Shown here one piece after another: positions 8,056 through 16,828 of a stretch of DNA of 64,000 nucleotides. The translations under genes and the position numbers were made by a program. The notes under the pieces were generated by a model. That model was not told where the DNA came from and searched no databases. It worked only from the letters and a program-made list of their open reading frames with translations. How positions within the stretch are numbered: the first letter of the stretch is position 1; every line of letters starts with the position of its first letter. The DNA is taken from IMG/VR virus record IMGVR_UViG_3300031627_001041, positions 781 to 64,780 of that record. One strand, given 5' to 3'. This DNA is from a virus (lineage: Duplodnaviria; Caudoviricetes).

Positions 8056-8991
8056 ATGAACACACTAATTCGTATCGTAACAGTAGCATTAGTAATGACC
8101 GTTGTCTCAATAACGTATGCAGAAGAAAAGGTTGCCCAACATTTGCAGGATGTTAGTGTGACCATTAAGTCGGCGTCATCAGAGGGGTCGGGAGTGCTTA
8201 TAACTAGAGAGATACAGAAATCTCCAAAAGACACTGAAAAAATTAATGTTAATTTTGTCGTAACGTGTGCTCATGTTGTAAATAACTTGCGGTCCACCAG
8301 AGATATTATTAATAGTAAGGGTCAGAAGCAAACGATTATAGAATTTCGTGATGCTCAAATCGTCAAAGAACTTGTTGAAAACGGTCGTAAGGTTGGCGAG
8401 CTTAAGATGGACGCCAAAGTAATTCTATATTCTGATGCCGAAGATGGCGAAGACCTTGCTGTGTTGATGGTGCGTAAATTAGGGTTCGTTGACACTAACA
8501 CTGAATTTGAGCTGTCCGAGAAACCAACGGCTATCGGGACTAACCTCTTTCATGTGGGGTCATTATTGGGCCAATCTGGAGCAAATTCGATGACCGCTGG
8601 AATAATGTCTCAGGTCGGTAGAGTTTTATCCTTGGGGACTGGTGATGGCGTCGTATTTGACCAAACGACTGTGACAGCATTTCCGGGTTCTTCTGGTGGA
8701 GGAGTGTTTCTTACTAACGGCAAATACGTGGGGATGCTGGTGCGTGGTGCTGGAGAAACCTTTAATTTGATTGTGCCAACTAGACGTATGAAAAAATGGA
8801 CTGCTAGTCGTAATGTAAAGTGGGTACTAGACCCAAAAGCTGTGACTCCCACTTTTGATGAGATTCAAAAGATTAAACCAGAGTCTGAGGGGGATGAGTC
8901 CGAAGCGGTTAAATCAGAAACACCAAAGGCATTTCCCTACTTGATACGTTCGGTCAAATCTGAAAATAAACTTCGGGCGAATGACCAGTGA
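8056..8991 (+). CDS. Secreted trypsin-like (S1/HtrA-type, no PDZ) serine protease
   Basis: Sec-type signal peptide and a catalytic triad: VTCAHVV, DLAVL, PGSSGGGVF. Confidence 0.9.
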   Translation: MNTLIRIVTVALVMTVVSITYAEEKVAQHLQDVSVTIKSASSEGSGVLITREIQKSPKDTEKINVNFVVTCAHVVNNLRSTRDIINSKGQKQTIIEFRDAQIVKELVENGRKVGELKMDAKVILYSDAEDGEDLAVLMVRKLGFVDTNTEFELSEKPTAIGTNLFHVGSLLGQSGANSMTAGIMSQVGRVLSLGTGDGVVFDQTTVTAFPGSSGGGVFLTNGKYVGMLVRGAGETFNLIVPTRRMKKWTASRNVKWVLDPKAVTPTFDEIQKIKPESEGDESEAVKSETPKAFPYLIRSVKSENKLRANDQ

Positions 8992-9143
8992 CCAGAGACC
9001 CATTAGATGTTGCATATGACGAAGTATTGCCTTACATGAGAGAATACGGACTGAAGAGAAAAAAGATCCATAAGCTCATTAAACGAGCTAAACAGGACTT
9101 GGGGGTTCTATATGGGGGCTACTATTTCACAGTGAAAGGATAA
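8988..9143 (+). CDS. Small hypothetical protein (51 aa, not in the supplied ORF track)
   Basis: The GTG start overlaps the protease stop (GTGA). The frame reads (V/M)TRDPLDVAYDEVLPYMREYGLKRKK...FTVKG*. Confidence 0.55.
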   Translation: MTRDPLDVAYDEVLPYMREYGLKRKKIHKLIKRAKQDLGVLYGGYYFTVKG

Positions 9144-9206
9144 CATAAACACTGAGGACTTTCGTGATACAGATACTGCTCTTGGGTACTTTTTAGGTTT
9201 CTTAGC

Positions 9207-9752
9207 ATGATTATTGGAGACAGCTATGTGTTCATTCAAAACCCTAGGTCGGCATCTAGTGAGACAGGTAAGGAACTTGTCGCCAATTATCGCGGGCGGG
9301 AAATTATGAAAAAGCACTCCCCAATAGAGCATTACTCAAACCCCGCAAAACTTTTTACCTTTGCTTTTATAAGAAATCCACTAGATAAGCTAGTTACTCA
9401 ATACTTACGACTTCACAGCAAAATACACTCAGATCACCCACTCAATAACATGGCAAGCAGAACGTTTTCAGAGTTTTGTAAGTTGTATTATCTAAACAAA
9501 CGCGTCGAAAAAATAAGCAACGTTGATTTTGTAGGTCGGTACGAGAATATTCAAGAAGACTTTTCTAAAGCATTGAGAATGGCTGATCAAAAACAAATAC
9601 GACCATTACCGTGGAATGATAAAACCCCAGACAAAAAACCGTTTCTAGACTATTATACACCAGAACTTATTGCCCCCACAATGAAATACTTTTCAAATAT
9701 GTCAAAATTAGGATACTCTTTTCCAAGAGACTGGACAGAGAGAGCAGAATGA
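9207..9752 (+). CDS. Sulfotransferase family protein (Sulfotransfer_2-like)
   Basis: FTFAFIRNPLDKLVTQY (3'-PB-like), DFVGRYENIQEDF, and N-terminal FIQNPRSASS (5'-PSB-like, divergent). Confidence 0.75.
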   Translation: MIIGDSYVFIQNPRSASSETGKELVANYRGREIMKKHSPIEHYSNPAKLFTFAFIRNPLDKLVTQYLRLHSKIHSDHPLNNMASRTFSEFCKLYYLNKRVEKISNVDFVGRYENIQEDFSKALRMADQKQIRPLPWNDKTPDKKPFLDYYTPELIAPTMKYFSNMSKLGYSFPRDWTERAE

Positions 9753-10369
9753 TCACTATTATTGGAGACGTTCATGGAAAACAGGCCAAACATCTAGATC
9801 TTATCGAGCATCATGACTTCACTCTCCAGATAGGAGACTTAGGATTTTGTTATAAGTACTTACAGGACACTAATTTAAATCATGTCTTTTTTAAAGGGAA
9901 TCATGATAACTATGACGTAGTTGACAAGCACGACATTGGTGAATTTGGCAACCGCGTTTTTAACCACGTTCCGTTTTTCTTTGTGCGTGGGGCGTTTAGT
10001 ATTGATTGGCCTTGGAGAGTTAGTAACGAACAAAAAGGGTTCGGTAAAAGCTGGTGGGGAGATGAGCAGCTTAGCCTTCTTCAAGCTGAAAAATGTCTAG
10101 AAGAGTATGTAGATACTAAGCCAGACCTTGTTATTACTCATTCGCTACCACGACAGTTGGCGGAAAGGGTTGGGAGTCCGGGAGCACTAAAGGCTTATGG
10201 ATACGATCCTGATACCTTTACGACAAATACGCAGGAATTGCTTCAAAGTATGTTTGAAGTACACCAGCCAGACATTTGGATCGCGGGGCATTTTCATAAA
10301 AGCTATAAAATCAAAGTAAGAAGTACCCATTTCATAGGCTTAGATGAGCTAGAAACTTATGAGTTGTAA
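9749..10369 (+). CDS. Calcineurin-like metallophosphoesterase
   Basis: Motifs GDVHG, GDLG, GNHDN, TH and GHFH. Confidence 0.92.
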   Translation: MITIIGDVHGKQAKHLDLIEHHDFTLQIGDLGFCYKYLQDTNLNHVFFKGNHDNYDVVDKHDIGEFGNRVFNHVPFFFVRGAFSIDWPWRVSNEQKGFGKSWWGDEQLSLLQAEKCLEEYVDTKPDLVITHSLPRQLAERVGSPGALKAYGYDPDTFTTNTQELLQSMFEVHQPDIWIAGHFHKSYKIKVRSTHFIGLDELETYEL

Positions 10370-11024
10370 AACAAATAGTGGTATTGCCTCTCGCAATATT
10401 CAACGAAAATTAGACAATATACAGAATAACCCCATTGATTTTTCTTTGTCTCCAGAAAACATGTATCTTTGGGGATTCTTATGGGCAGACGCTCACTTTT
10501 GTGAGTCTAGGAAGCGAGTAACGCTAGAAATTACAGAAGAAGATTTTTGTGAAATAGAACATGTGTTGCCCTTTTACTACAATAAATATTATAGGACACG
10601 AGAAAATAGAAAACCTCAAGCGTCAGCTGTCTCGACAAGAGAAGACCTATTTAAATTTTTCATGTCTAATGGATATGAATACAGAGATTGCCCTAGTGCT
10701 AAGATAACAAAATCTAAGAACAACCACTATTGGTTTAGGGGCTTAATAGATGGAGATGGATGCTGGTATATTGGGAAGTGTAAACAATTTACGATATCGT
10801 CTAGTCTATTTCAAGACTGGACGTTCTTCACCGATATGTTAGATAACATTGGGGTTAAAAAATATTCAGTAAAAAGACAACCAACTGAAAATATTGGTTA
10901 CTCCTATGTAAGGATATGCAATAAAAAAGGACTGCATAAACTGTATGATTTTTTGTATCCTAACGGATATGATTTTGGATTACAACGTAAATTTGATAAA
11001 GCCAACGAAATCAAATTATTATGA
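10359..11024 (+). mobile_element. Free-standing LAGLIDADG homing endonuclease
   Basis: Two LAGLIDADG-like helices, LWGFLWADAHF and FRGLIDGDGCW. It overlaps both neighbours. Confidence 0.85.
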
Positions 11025-11233
11025 AATTAGACGTAGATAAACTTCTATCAGAAGGATGGAGCTTCTTTTATCTAGGCAAAACAAAGGTTTTGTCAGCTCC
11101 AAACGGATCACCCATTACACGACAAATGGGAAGACTTGAGTCAGAAACTTATAACGGAGAGTGTATTTACTACTTTAAGTATCACAGCTTTCCTTGGGAA
11201 GACTACATTAAGGACAAAGATGAAAGTACTTAG
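11021..11233 (+). CDS. Hypothetical protein
   Basis: 70-aa ORF coupled by overlaps to both neighbours. Confidence 0.6.
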   Translation: MKLDVDKLLSEGWSFFYLGKTKVLSAPNGSPITRQMGRLESETYNGECIYYFKYHSFPWEDYIKDKDEST

Positions 11234-12056
11234 TTTATTCGATGGTATATCAGCAGGACAAGTAGCACTAGAGCGTGCTGGAATCGAGTGTGATTACTTT
11301 TCATCAGAAATAGACAAGTACGCAATTAAAGTTACTCAGGCGAATTACCCCGACACTATCCAGCTAGGTGATGTAACGCAGCTCAAGAATCAGCCCTGTG
11401 ACTTACTCCTAGCTGGAAGCCCGTGTCAGGGGTTTTCTTTTGCTGGCAAACAACTTAACTTTGACGACGAGAGAAGCAAGCTCTTTTTTGAGTTTCTTAG
11501 GATTAAGGAAGAGTCTTCACCAGAGTTCTTCCTTCTTGAAAATGTCAAGATGAAACAAGAGTATCAGGACGTAATATCAAAGCTGGTTGGCGTAGAACCG
11601 ATCAAGATTAACAGTTCGCTTGTTTCAGGACAGAACAGAACTAGACTGTATTGGACCAATATACCATTTACGGTCCCAACAGACAAAAACATTCAATTTA
11701 AAGATATACTGGAAAACGCCGACAAAAAATACTATGTTTCGCAAAAACAACTAGAAAGGCTCGCCATAGGCGACCTCTCAAGAGCGGGCGGGGTGTGTTT
11801 CAAGCGTCCCGGTAAAGAAATGAACAAATGCCCATGTTTAATGGCTAGGCATTATAAAGGTATCTCTGGGCGGGACTACTATCCTGTAGTAGTAGAACCT
11901 GATGGATTACGTAAGCTTTCTCCAGAAGAATGCGAAAAGCTACAGACGTTCCCTAAGGGGTACACAAAAGACGTTAGTAACACCCAAAGATTTAAGTCTT
12001 TAGGGAACTCATGGACCGTGGATATTATTTCACACATCTTAAAAGGAACACAATGA
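11220..12056 (+). CDS. DNA (cytosine-5) methyltransferase
   Basis: VLSLFDGI (motif I), GSPCQGFS (IV), ENV (VI), QNRTRLYW (VIII) and LGNSW (X). Start moved to ATG 11220. Confidence 0.93.
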   Translation: MKVLSLFDGISAGQVALERAGIECDYFSSEIDKYAIKVTQANYPDTIQLGDVTQLKNQPCDLLLAGSPCQGFSFAGKQLNFDDERSKLFFEFLRIKEESSPEFFLLENVKMKQEYQDVISKLVGVEPIKINSSLVSGQNRTRLYWTNIPFTVPTDKNIQFKDILENADKKYYVSQKQLERLAIGDLSRAGGVCFKRPGKEMNKCPCLMARHYKGISGRDYYPVVVEPDGLRKLSPEECEKLQTFPKGYTKDVSNTQRFKSLGNSWTVDIISHILKGTQ

Positions 12057-12454
12057 AAGTAGTAGTGACAGGACAAAGTAATGACTCGGTGGATTTGGCT
12101 GAGGCATTTGAACACTTCGGTATCACAGCAACAGCAGTTCTTTCTGCTGGAGAAACCGATTTGGAAAAGGCCGCTGAAAAGTGGGGAGCGGAAAACGAAG
12201 TAGAGGTAGACAGTAGACAACCAAAGTGGAATGATCTTACGGTGGAAAAATGCACCCCACGAGACGGTAAGTACGGACAGTACAACGCACGAGCAGCATT
12301 CAATCGAAATGATGAGCTAGCTCATGATTGTGACTGTGTTCTAATGGTTGCAGAAGACTCACGATCTAGTGCCTCAATTGTTGAAGCAGCAGAGAAACTA
12401 GAGCGAGACGTGTATGTATGGCCTGTGGTTGAGGGCGACGATGTCCCGTTCTGA
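12053..12454 (+). CDS. SLOG/YspA-like (DUF2493-type) protein
   Basis: MKVVVTG start, SAGETDLEKAAEKW, and AAFNRNDEL resembling the AGPxRN motif. Confidence 0.55.
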   Translation: MKVVVTGQSNDSVDLAEAFEHFGITATAVLSAGETDLEKAAEKWGAENEVEVDSRQPKWNDLTVEKCTPRDGKYGQYNARAAFNRNDELAHDCDCVLMVAEDSRSSASIVEAAEKLERDVYVWPVVEGDDVPF

Positions 12455-12475
12455 CGAAAGCATAAAGAAAGAGAT

Positions 12476-12871
12476 TTGATGCCCACCTACGAATACCAGT
12501 GCGAGTCCTGCGATCACAACTTTGATGTGTTCCAGAAAAACACTAAGGCAAAGCGAAAATGTCCTAAGTGCGGTAAATCCAAACTGGAGAGGCTAATTTC
12601 AGCCTGTCATGGTTATGTGGCCGCAGCTCAGGGAGATATGAAGACTATTGGCGATTTGGCCAACTTCAATAGAGACGCAAAAAGTAAAGGCGAAAAGGAG
12701 GCTGCTGACAAAGTGTATGCAGACTCGTCCAGGCTCGCAGCAGAGAAGCTAAGACAAGATAAGGTTGGAGAAGACCGATCATTCTTTGGTGCGTCTGAAA
12801 AGAAGATGGCCGATATTGGTAAACTCTCCGAGAAGAAACAAAAAGATTACATCGCAACAGGCAAATTATGA
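12476..12871 (+). CDS. FmdB-family zinc-ribbon protein
   Basis: MPTYEYQCESCDH...CPKCG...LERLIS. Confidence 0.85.
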   Translation: MMPTYEYQCESCDHNFDVFQKNTKAKRKCPKCGKSKLERLISACHGYVAAAQGDMKTIGDLANFNRDAKSKGEKEAADKVYADSSRLAAEKLRQDKVGEDRSFFGASEKKMADIGKLSEKKQKDYIATGKL

Positions 12872-13128
12872 ATTTTAATGAAAAAGGGCTGGAAGCAGCC
12901 GACGAAGAGCGAGTATTTGCTAAGAGGATGGAGAACGAGTTCGGTAACAAGTTCTACGTCTTATATTATGGTGGTAAGGTGGTCGATCCTGGCAACCTAC
13001 CGACCAGAAATCAAGAGCGGTTCGCTCTACGTTCTGTCAGTGAACCATTATTTAAGGGGTACATGTCGTTCCTAGCGGGACGAGAACAGAGAAAATTACG
13101 AGAGATTAATCGCTCACAACACGTTTGA
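12868..13128 (+). CDS. Hypothetical protein
   Basis: Coupled ORF in the operon. Confidence 0.65.
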   Translation: MNFNEKGLEAADEERVFAKRMENEFGNKFYVLYYGGKVVDPGNLPTRNQERFALRSVSEPLFKGYMSFLAGREQRKLREINRSQHV

Positions 13129-13135
13129 GGAAAAT

Positions 13136-13453
13136 ATGGCTAAATATAAAAAGACGCTTAATGATATGGATCGATTATGGATTGATCATAATGCAGAAAC
13201 ACCAATTGCGGACCTAAGTAAGAAGCTAAGAGTTACAGCAGATACAATTCGAGATTATCAAGAAACGACACGAGAAGCTAAATCGCATATCACTACAACA
13301 AAAACCGTGGCAAACAAAAACCACTTTGCCAAAAAGAACGGTGCTATTGTTATGACTGAGGCACAGTCTTATGTAAATAACAATAGTACTGCTGGCAAAC
13401 CCGAACACATGAAAGGATGCGTCCACACGTTTGAAACACCGGACAATGATTAA
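13136..13453 (+). CDS. Hypothetical protein with possible N-terminal HTH
   Basis: PIADLSKKLRVTADTIRDY resembles a helix-turn-helix. GAGGA SD. Confidence 0.6.
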   Translation: MAKYKKTLNDMDRLWIDHNAETPIADLSKKLRVTADTIRDYQETTREAKSHITTTKTVANKNHFAKKNGAIVMTEAQSYVNNNSTAGKPEHMKGCVHTFETPDND

Positions 13454-13958
13454 GCATTCATACACTAAGGACAACGAGCTAGTAGAGATCGAATACGAAA
13501 CCGGTCTTTGCTATACTCCACAGTGGCTAGAACAAAACGATTCTGCGGGCTGGCAAGTACAGCTTAACACTGGTGAAATGGTATACGAGGATGATGATAG
13601 ACCGGGCTTTATTCCCTCAGCGTGGGAACGTTTATGTCTTCATTGTAACGAGACCGGAAACCACATAGTATCCATGTGGATTAGGTTCAGAGATCACGTT
13701 GAGTGTGTAGGAACCGAAAAAGAAGGATTCTACTTATTTAAGGAAATTAGGCATCACCCCTCGTGGGAGAAACCAGAGTTTTACTATATTGTAGGAGTTC
13801 TACAGAACGACATTATTAAATGTACGAAGTGGAAACTACCTGAAGTATTAGTGGACAGCACCGAAGATCGGGAAGCACCAGGCGGTGTAACAAACGTATT
13901 AGGTCTCCCGGCCTTGATCAGAAAGAATAAGCATGGATTATCCGCTGAAATATCATAG
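13446..13958 (+). CDS. Hypothetical protein
   Basis: Coupled ORF with likely start ATG 13446. Confidence 0.65.
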   Translation: MIKHSYTKDNELVEIEYETGLCYTPQWLEQNDSAGWQVQLNTGEMVYEDDDRPGFIPSAWERLCLHCNETGNHIVSMWIRFRDHVECVGTEKEGFYLFKEIRHHPSWEKPEFYYIVGVLQNDIIKCTKWKLPEVLVDSTEDREAPGGVTNVLGLPALIRKNKHGLSAEIS

Positions 13959-14361
13959 GGAATCTGGATCATCAAAAAAAGACGCCGCACACTATATTGT
14001 CGAGCTGGTCTCGAAGCGTAAGGCAAAATCCGATGGTATTCTCCTAGAACCACACTACTGGAGAGATGCCGTTTGGCAAAAATACTATAGAGAACAATTA
14101 CAGACTGCTCATACCCTTTTAGGGTTATTTGAGGAGTCTGTAGTTGTATCTACTATTCTTGGCATGAAAACCGTGTGGTCATTACGACCGAAGTTTGTTC
14201 GAGAAAGAATGGTAGAAGCCGCCTCGCTAAAAGACAAGAAAAAAGAAACCATAAAAAACCAAATAAATAAACCAATACAAGAAACAATTAAACCTAAAGA
14301 ACAGACCGGTAAAGGTAGAAGTAGATTTAATGGCAAAAGCAAAAAAGAAGGCGACGACTAA
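13933..14361 (+). CDS. Hypothetical protein
   Basis: Coupled ORF immediately before recA. Confidence 0.65.
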   Translation: MDYPLKYHRESGSSKKDAAHYIVELVSKRKAKSDGILLEPHYWRDAVWQKYYREQLQTAHTLLGLFEESVVVSTILGMKTVWSLRPKFVRERMVEAASLKDKKKETIKNQINKPIQETIKPKEQTGKGRSRFNGKSKKEGDD

Positions 14362-15442
14362 GAAATTGCTTGATCCCGCATTGTCTGCAAAAGATAAATT
14401 TGCAGCAATTCGTAAGACTGTTGAGAAACAGTATGGTGCAGGAACAGCACTAAAGGCATCAGAGGTTAAGCATAAGAAGAAATTCCTAGTCCCCGTTAGT
14501 CCAGCATTAGATATTGGACTATGTGGTGGGGTTCCAAGTGGGGTTTGGATTATGATGTCTGGTCCAGAGAAAAGCGGGAAAAGCACACTAGCATTACAAA
14601 TTGTTAAGAATGCACAGGAGCTATTTGGTTGCGAAACACTCTTTCTTAATGTAGAGAGCCGCTTCAAGAAGCAAAGCACCACATCAATTGAGGGGATTGA
14701 CCTAGACAAAGTATTGGTGGTAGAGACCACAGCAGATAAAATCATGTATGCTGAGGATTATCTGGAGGTCGCTGAAGACATAATCACTAATACGTATGGA
14801 AGCATTATCATCTTTGACTCATTATCAAGGCTTTATACAAGGGCTGGCGGTGATTCAGACGTTAGTGGTACAAAACGACCAACCGCTCCAAAATTAATGT
14901 CTGACTTTGTGTCACGTATGGGTGGTATGGTGGCGGCGAGAAATCACATCGTTATCTGTATCGCTCAAATTTACTCTAATATAAGTGGATATGGGGCAAA
15001 CAACATTGTCTCAGTTCCAAACTGCATTAAGTTTCAGTCAGATATCATTATGCATATCAAGAATACTGAGGCTTGGAAGGGTAAAGAGCCTGGCGAAGAA
15101 GAAACCCAAATTGGTAATGTGCTAGACTGGGATATTGTTCAGAATGCAATTGGTCAACCACCCTTTGGTTTGGTCCAGAGCTATCTAAAGTTTGGCGTTG
15201 GAGCTGGAACCACAGAGGAACTCTTTAATCTTGCAGTAGACTGTATGATTATTGAAAAAAGCGGTTCTTGGTTCACACTTAATGGAGAAAGTATCCAAGG
15301 AGAGCCAAAAGCGTGTAAGTATTTAGAGGACAATCCAGAATACTTTGCTGAGGTAACCGCTCAAGTAAGAGCGTATACTTACGACGAGGCAGTAATGTCA
15401 GACTTCATGACGGTCGATGAGACTGTTGAGCAGGTTGCATGA
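14330..15442 (+). CDS. recA: RecA/UvsX-like recombinase
   Basis: SPALDIGLCGGVP, Walker A GPEKSGKST, Walker B IIFDSLS and IEKSGSWF. Confidence 0.92.
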   Translation: MAKAKKKATTKKLLDPALSAKDKFAAIRKTVEKQYGAGTALKASEVKHKKKFLVPVSPALDIGLCGGVPSGVWIMMSGPEKSGKSTLALQIVKNAQELFGCETLFLNVESRFKKQSTTSIEGIDLDKVLVVETTADKIMYAEDYLEVAEDIITNTYGSIIIFDSLSRLYTRAGGDSDVSGTKRPTAPKLMSDFVSRMGGMVAARNHIVICIAQIYSNISGYGANNIVSVPNCIKFQSDIIMHIKNTEAWKGKEPGEEETQIGNVLDWDIVQNAIGQPPFGLVQSYLKFGVGAGTTEELFNLAVDCMIIEKSGSWFTLNGESIQGEPKACKYLEDNPEYFAEVTAQVRAYTYDEAVMSDFMTVDETVEQVA

Positions 15443-15846
15443 TAGTTGAAGGCTTGGACGGCAAAGAACACAAACTGAAGGTTAAGAACCGAAAGAAGGG
15501 CAAGAAATCCGCCCTACACATTAAGGCCAGGAAACTCATACAGCGTCTCTTTATTGAGACCTTCTATGAGGAGGTGAGCCTAGTTGGATCAAAGACCAGA
15601 AGGAACGCTTTGTTATACGCAGACTTTTTAAGTCTAAAAGCCAGAGTTATCATTGAAGTACATGGGAGACAGCACTATGAGTACGTCCCCCATTTTCATA
15701 GCACTAAACTAGCTTTTGCAAAAGCCAAGTTGCGGGATCAAACCAAAATCGAGTGGGCAGAGCTAAATGAGTTCATTCTTATCGAGCTGCCCTACAATAA
15801 GGAAGACGAATGGGAAACACTGATCAGGAAATCACTGAATATCTAG
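15439..15846 (+). CDS. Vsr/DUF559-like endonuclease
   Basis: LYADFL...VIIEVHGRQHY...D..K motif. Confidence 0.7.
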   Translation: MIVEGLDGKEHKLKVKNRKKGKKSALHIKARKLIQRLFIETFYEEVSLVGSKTRRNALLYADFLSLKARVIIEVHGRQHYEYVPHFHSTKLAFAKAKLRDQTKIEWAELNEFILIELPYNKEDEWETLIRKSLNI

Positions 15847-16274
15847 CGAACATAGAGAAGATAGCTCCTCAGACTTATTCTGATGTGCCTGAAAAAATTC
15901 AAGAGATTCTTGAAGCTTCCTATGATGAACGGTTGGAGTGGGGTGTTGAGGAATCAGCACAATATGCATTTGAACTCCACAAGTTCGAGATGTTCCTAAA
16001 GCGAGAAGTAAACAAGAGCAATAGTAAGATCGCATACGCAGAAAAGTCCCTACATAAGTTACGAGGGCTTCATGCTCACAAATGGGGTGATAAATACACC
16101 AAGTGGGATGAGAAAGTATGCCGCTTCGAGGCACAAGACACAGCGTGCCAAGCCTTACAGCAAGTTGTTCTAGATACCCAAGCTTACATTAATGAAATTA
16201 AAGGTATGGCTTTTGTACTAACAGACTTGTGCAAGAGCCTTAACAATATCGTTTTTATCAAGAAAGGTCACTAA
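15810..16274 (+). CDS. Helical hypothetical protein (UvsY-like position and size)
   Basis: Coiled-coil-like 154-aa ORF between the recombinase and helicase genes. The function is inferred only from context. Confidence 0.5.
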   Translation: MGNTDQEITEYLANIEKIAPQTYSDVPEKIQEILEASYDERLEWGVEESAQYAFELHKFEMFLKREVNKSNSKIAYAEKSLHKLRGLHAHKWGDKYTKWDEKVCRFEAQDTACQALQQVVLDTQAYINEIKGMAFVLTDLCKSLNNIVFIKKGH

Positions 16275-16828
16275 TGAGTCCAATTGAAATGATTAAGCTG
16301 GGTATTCAAGAGGACGACATGAATATTGTTCGACAGGCATACTTTCAGCTGACCGGAGAGGTAGTAGACGCCGAAGAAGACGAGGTCGTTATTGAGACCA
16401 CAACCAAAAAAGCCGTCGCCAGAAAGAAACCCTCCGCACAAAAGAGAACCACCAAGAAAAAAACAGCTAAGAAAAAGGCTGCTCCTAAACGTAGAAAAAA
16501 GACAGCCAAAAAGAAACCGGTAAAAGCTGGAGAGGGGTTCACGGTCGGAACACAGGAGTCTAATGAGGAAGTAGGGAACGCTCGATGGACAGGAAACCTA
16601 TTCCGGTCTGACGAAGGGTACTCCGAATCACTCTCCGAAGAAGAAGAAGAACAGTTGGGAACCCTAATTGGTAAAGGTGGACAAAAGGTAAAACTGCCAG
16701 TAGATAGATATCAGCCCATTGATATGGTGTGTGATAAATGTCATAAGACAGTAGGAGTTAACCCAGCACACATTGTGCCAAGCTCAAAGTATTTTTATTG
16801 TGATCCGTGTTTGAATAAGAGGCGTTGA
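16274..16828 (+). CDS. Protein with histone-H1-like Lys/Ala-rich tract and C-terminal zinc ribbon
   Basis: KKAVARKKPSAQKRTTKKKTAKKKAAPKRRKKTAKKKPVK tract, plus CDKC...CDPC. Confidence 0.7.
   Translation: MSPIEMIKLGIQEDDMNIVRQAYFQLTGEVVDAEEDEVVIETTTKKAVARKKPSAQKRTTKKKTAKKKAAPKRRKKTAKKKPVKAGEGFTVGTQESNEEVGNARWTGNLFRSDEGYSESLSEEEEEQLGTLIGKGGQKVKLPVDRYQPIDMVCDKCHKTVGVNPAHIVPSSKYFYCDPCLNKRR

Noticed and set aside
10300-11100. Group I intron hosting the LAGLIDADG gene
   Set aside because: The upstream phosphoesterase is complete, the ORFs overlap directly, and no space or P-helix pattern is visible.
14227-14745. Minus-strand ORFs overlapping the + strand block (for example 14227-14745, 17313-17660, 39702-40133)
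   Set aside because: They lie fully antisense to well-supported genes and have no SD or recognisable domain.
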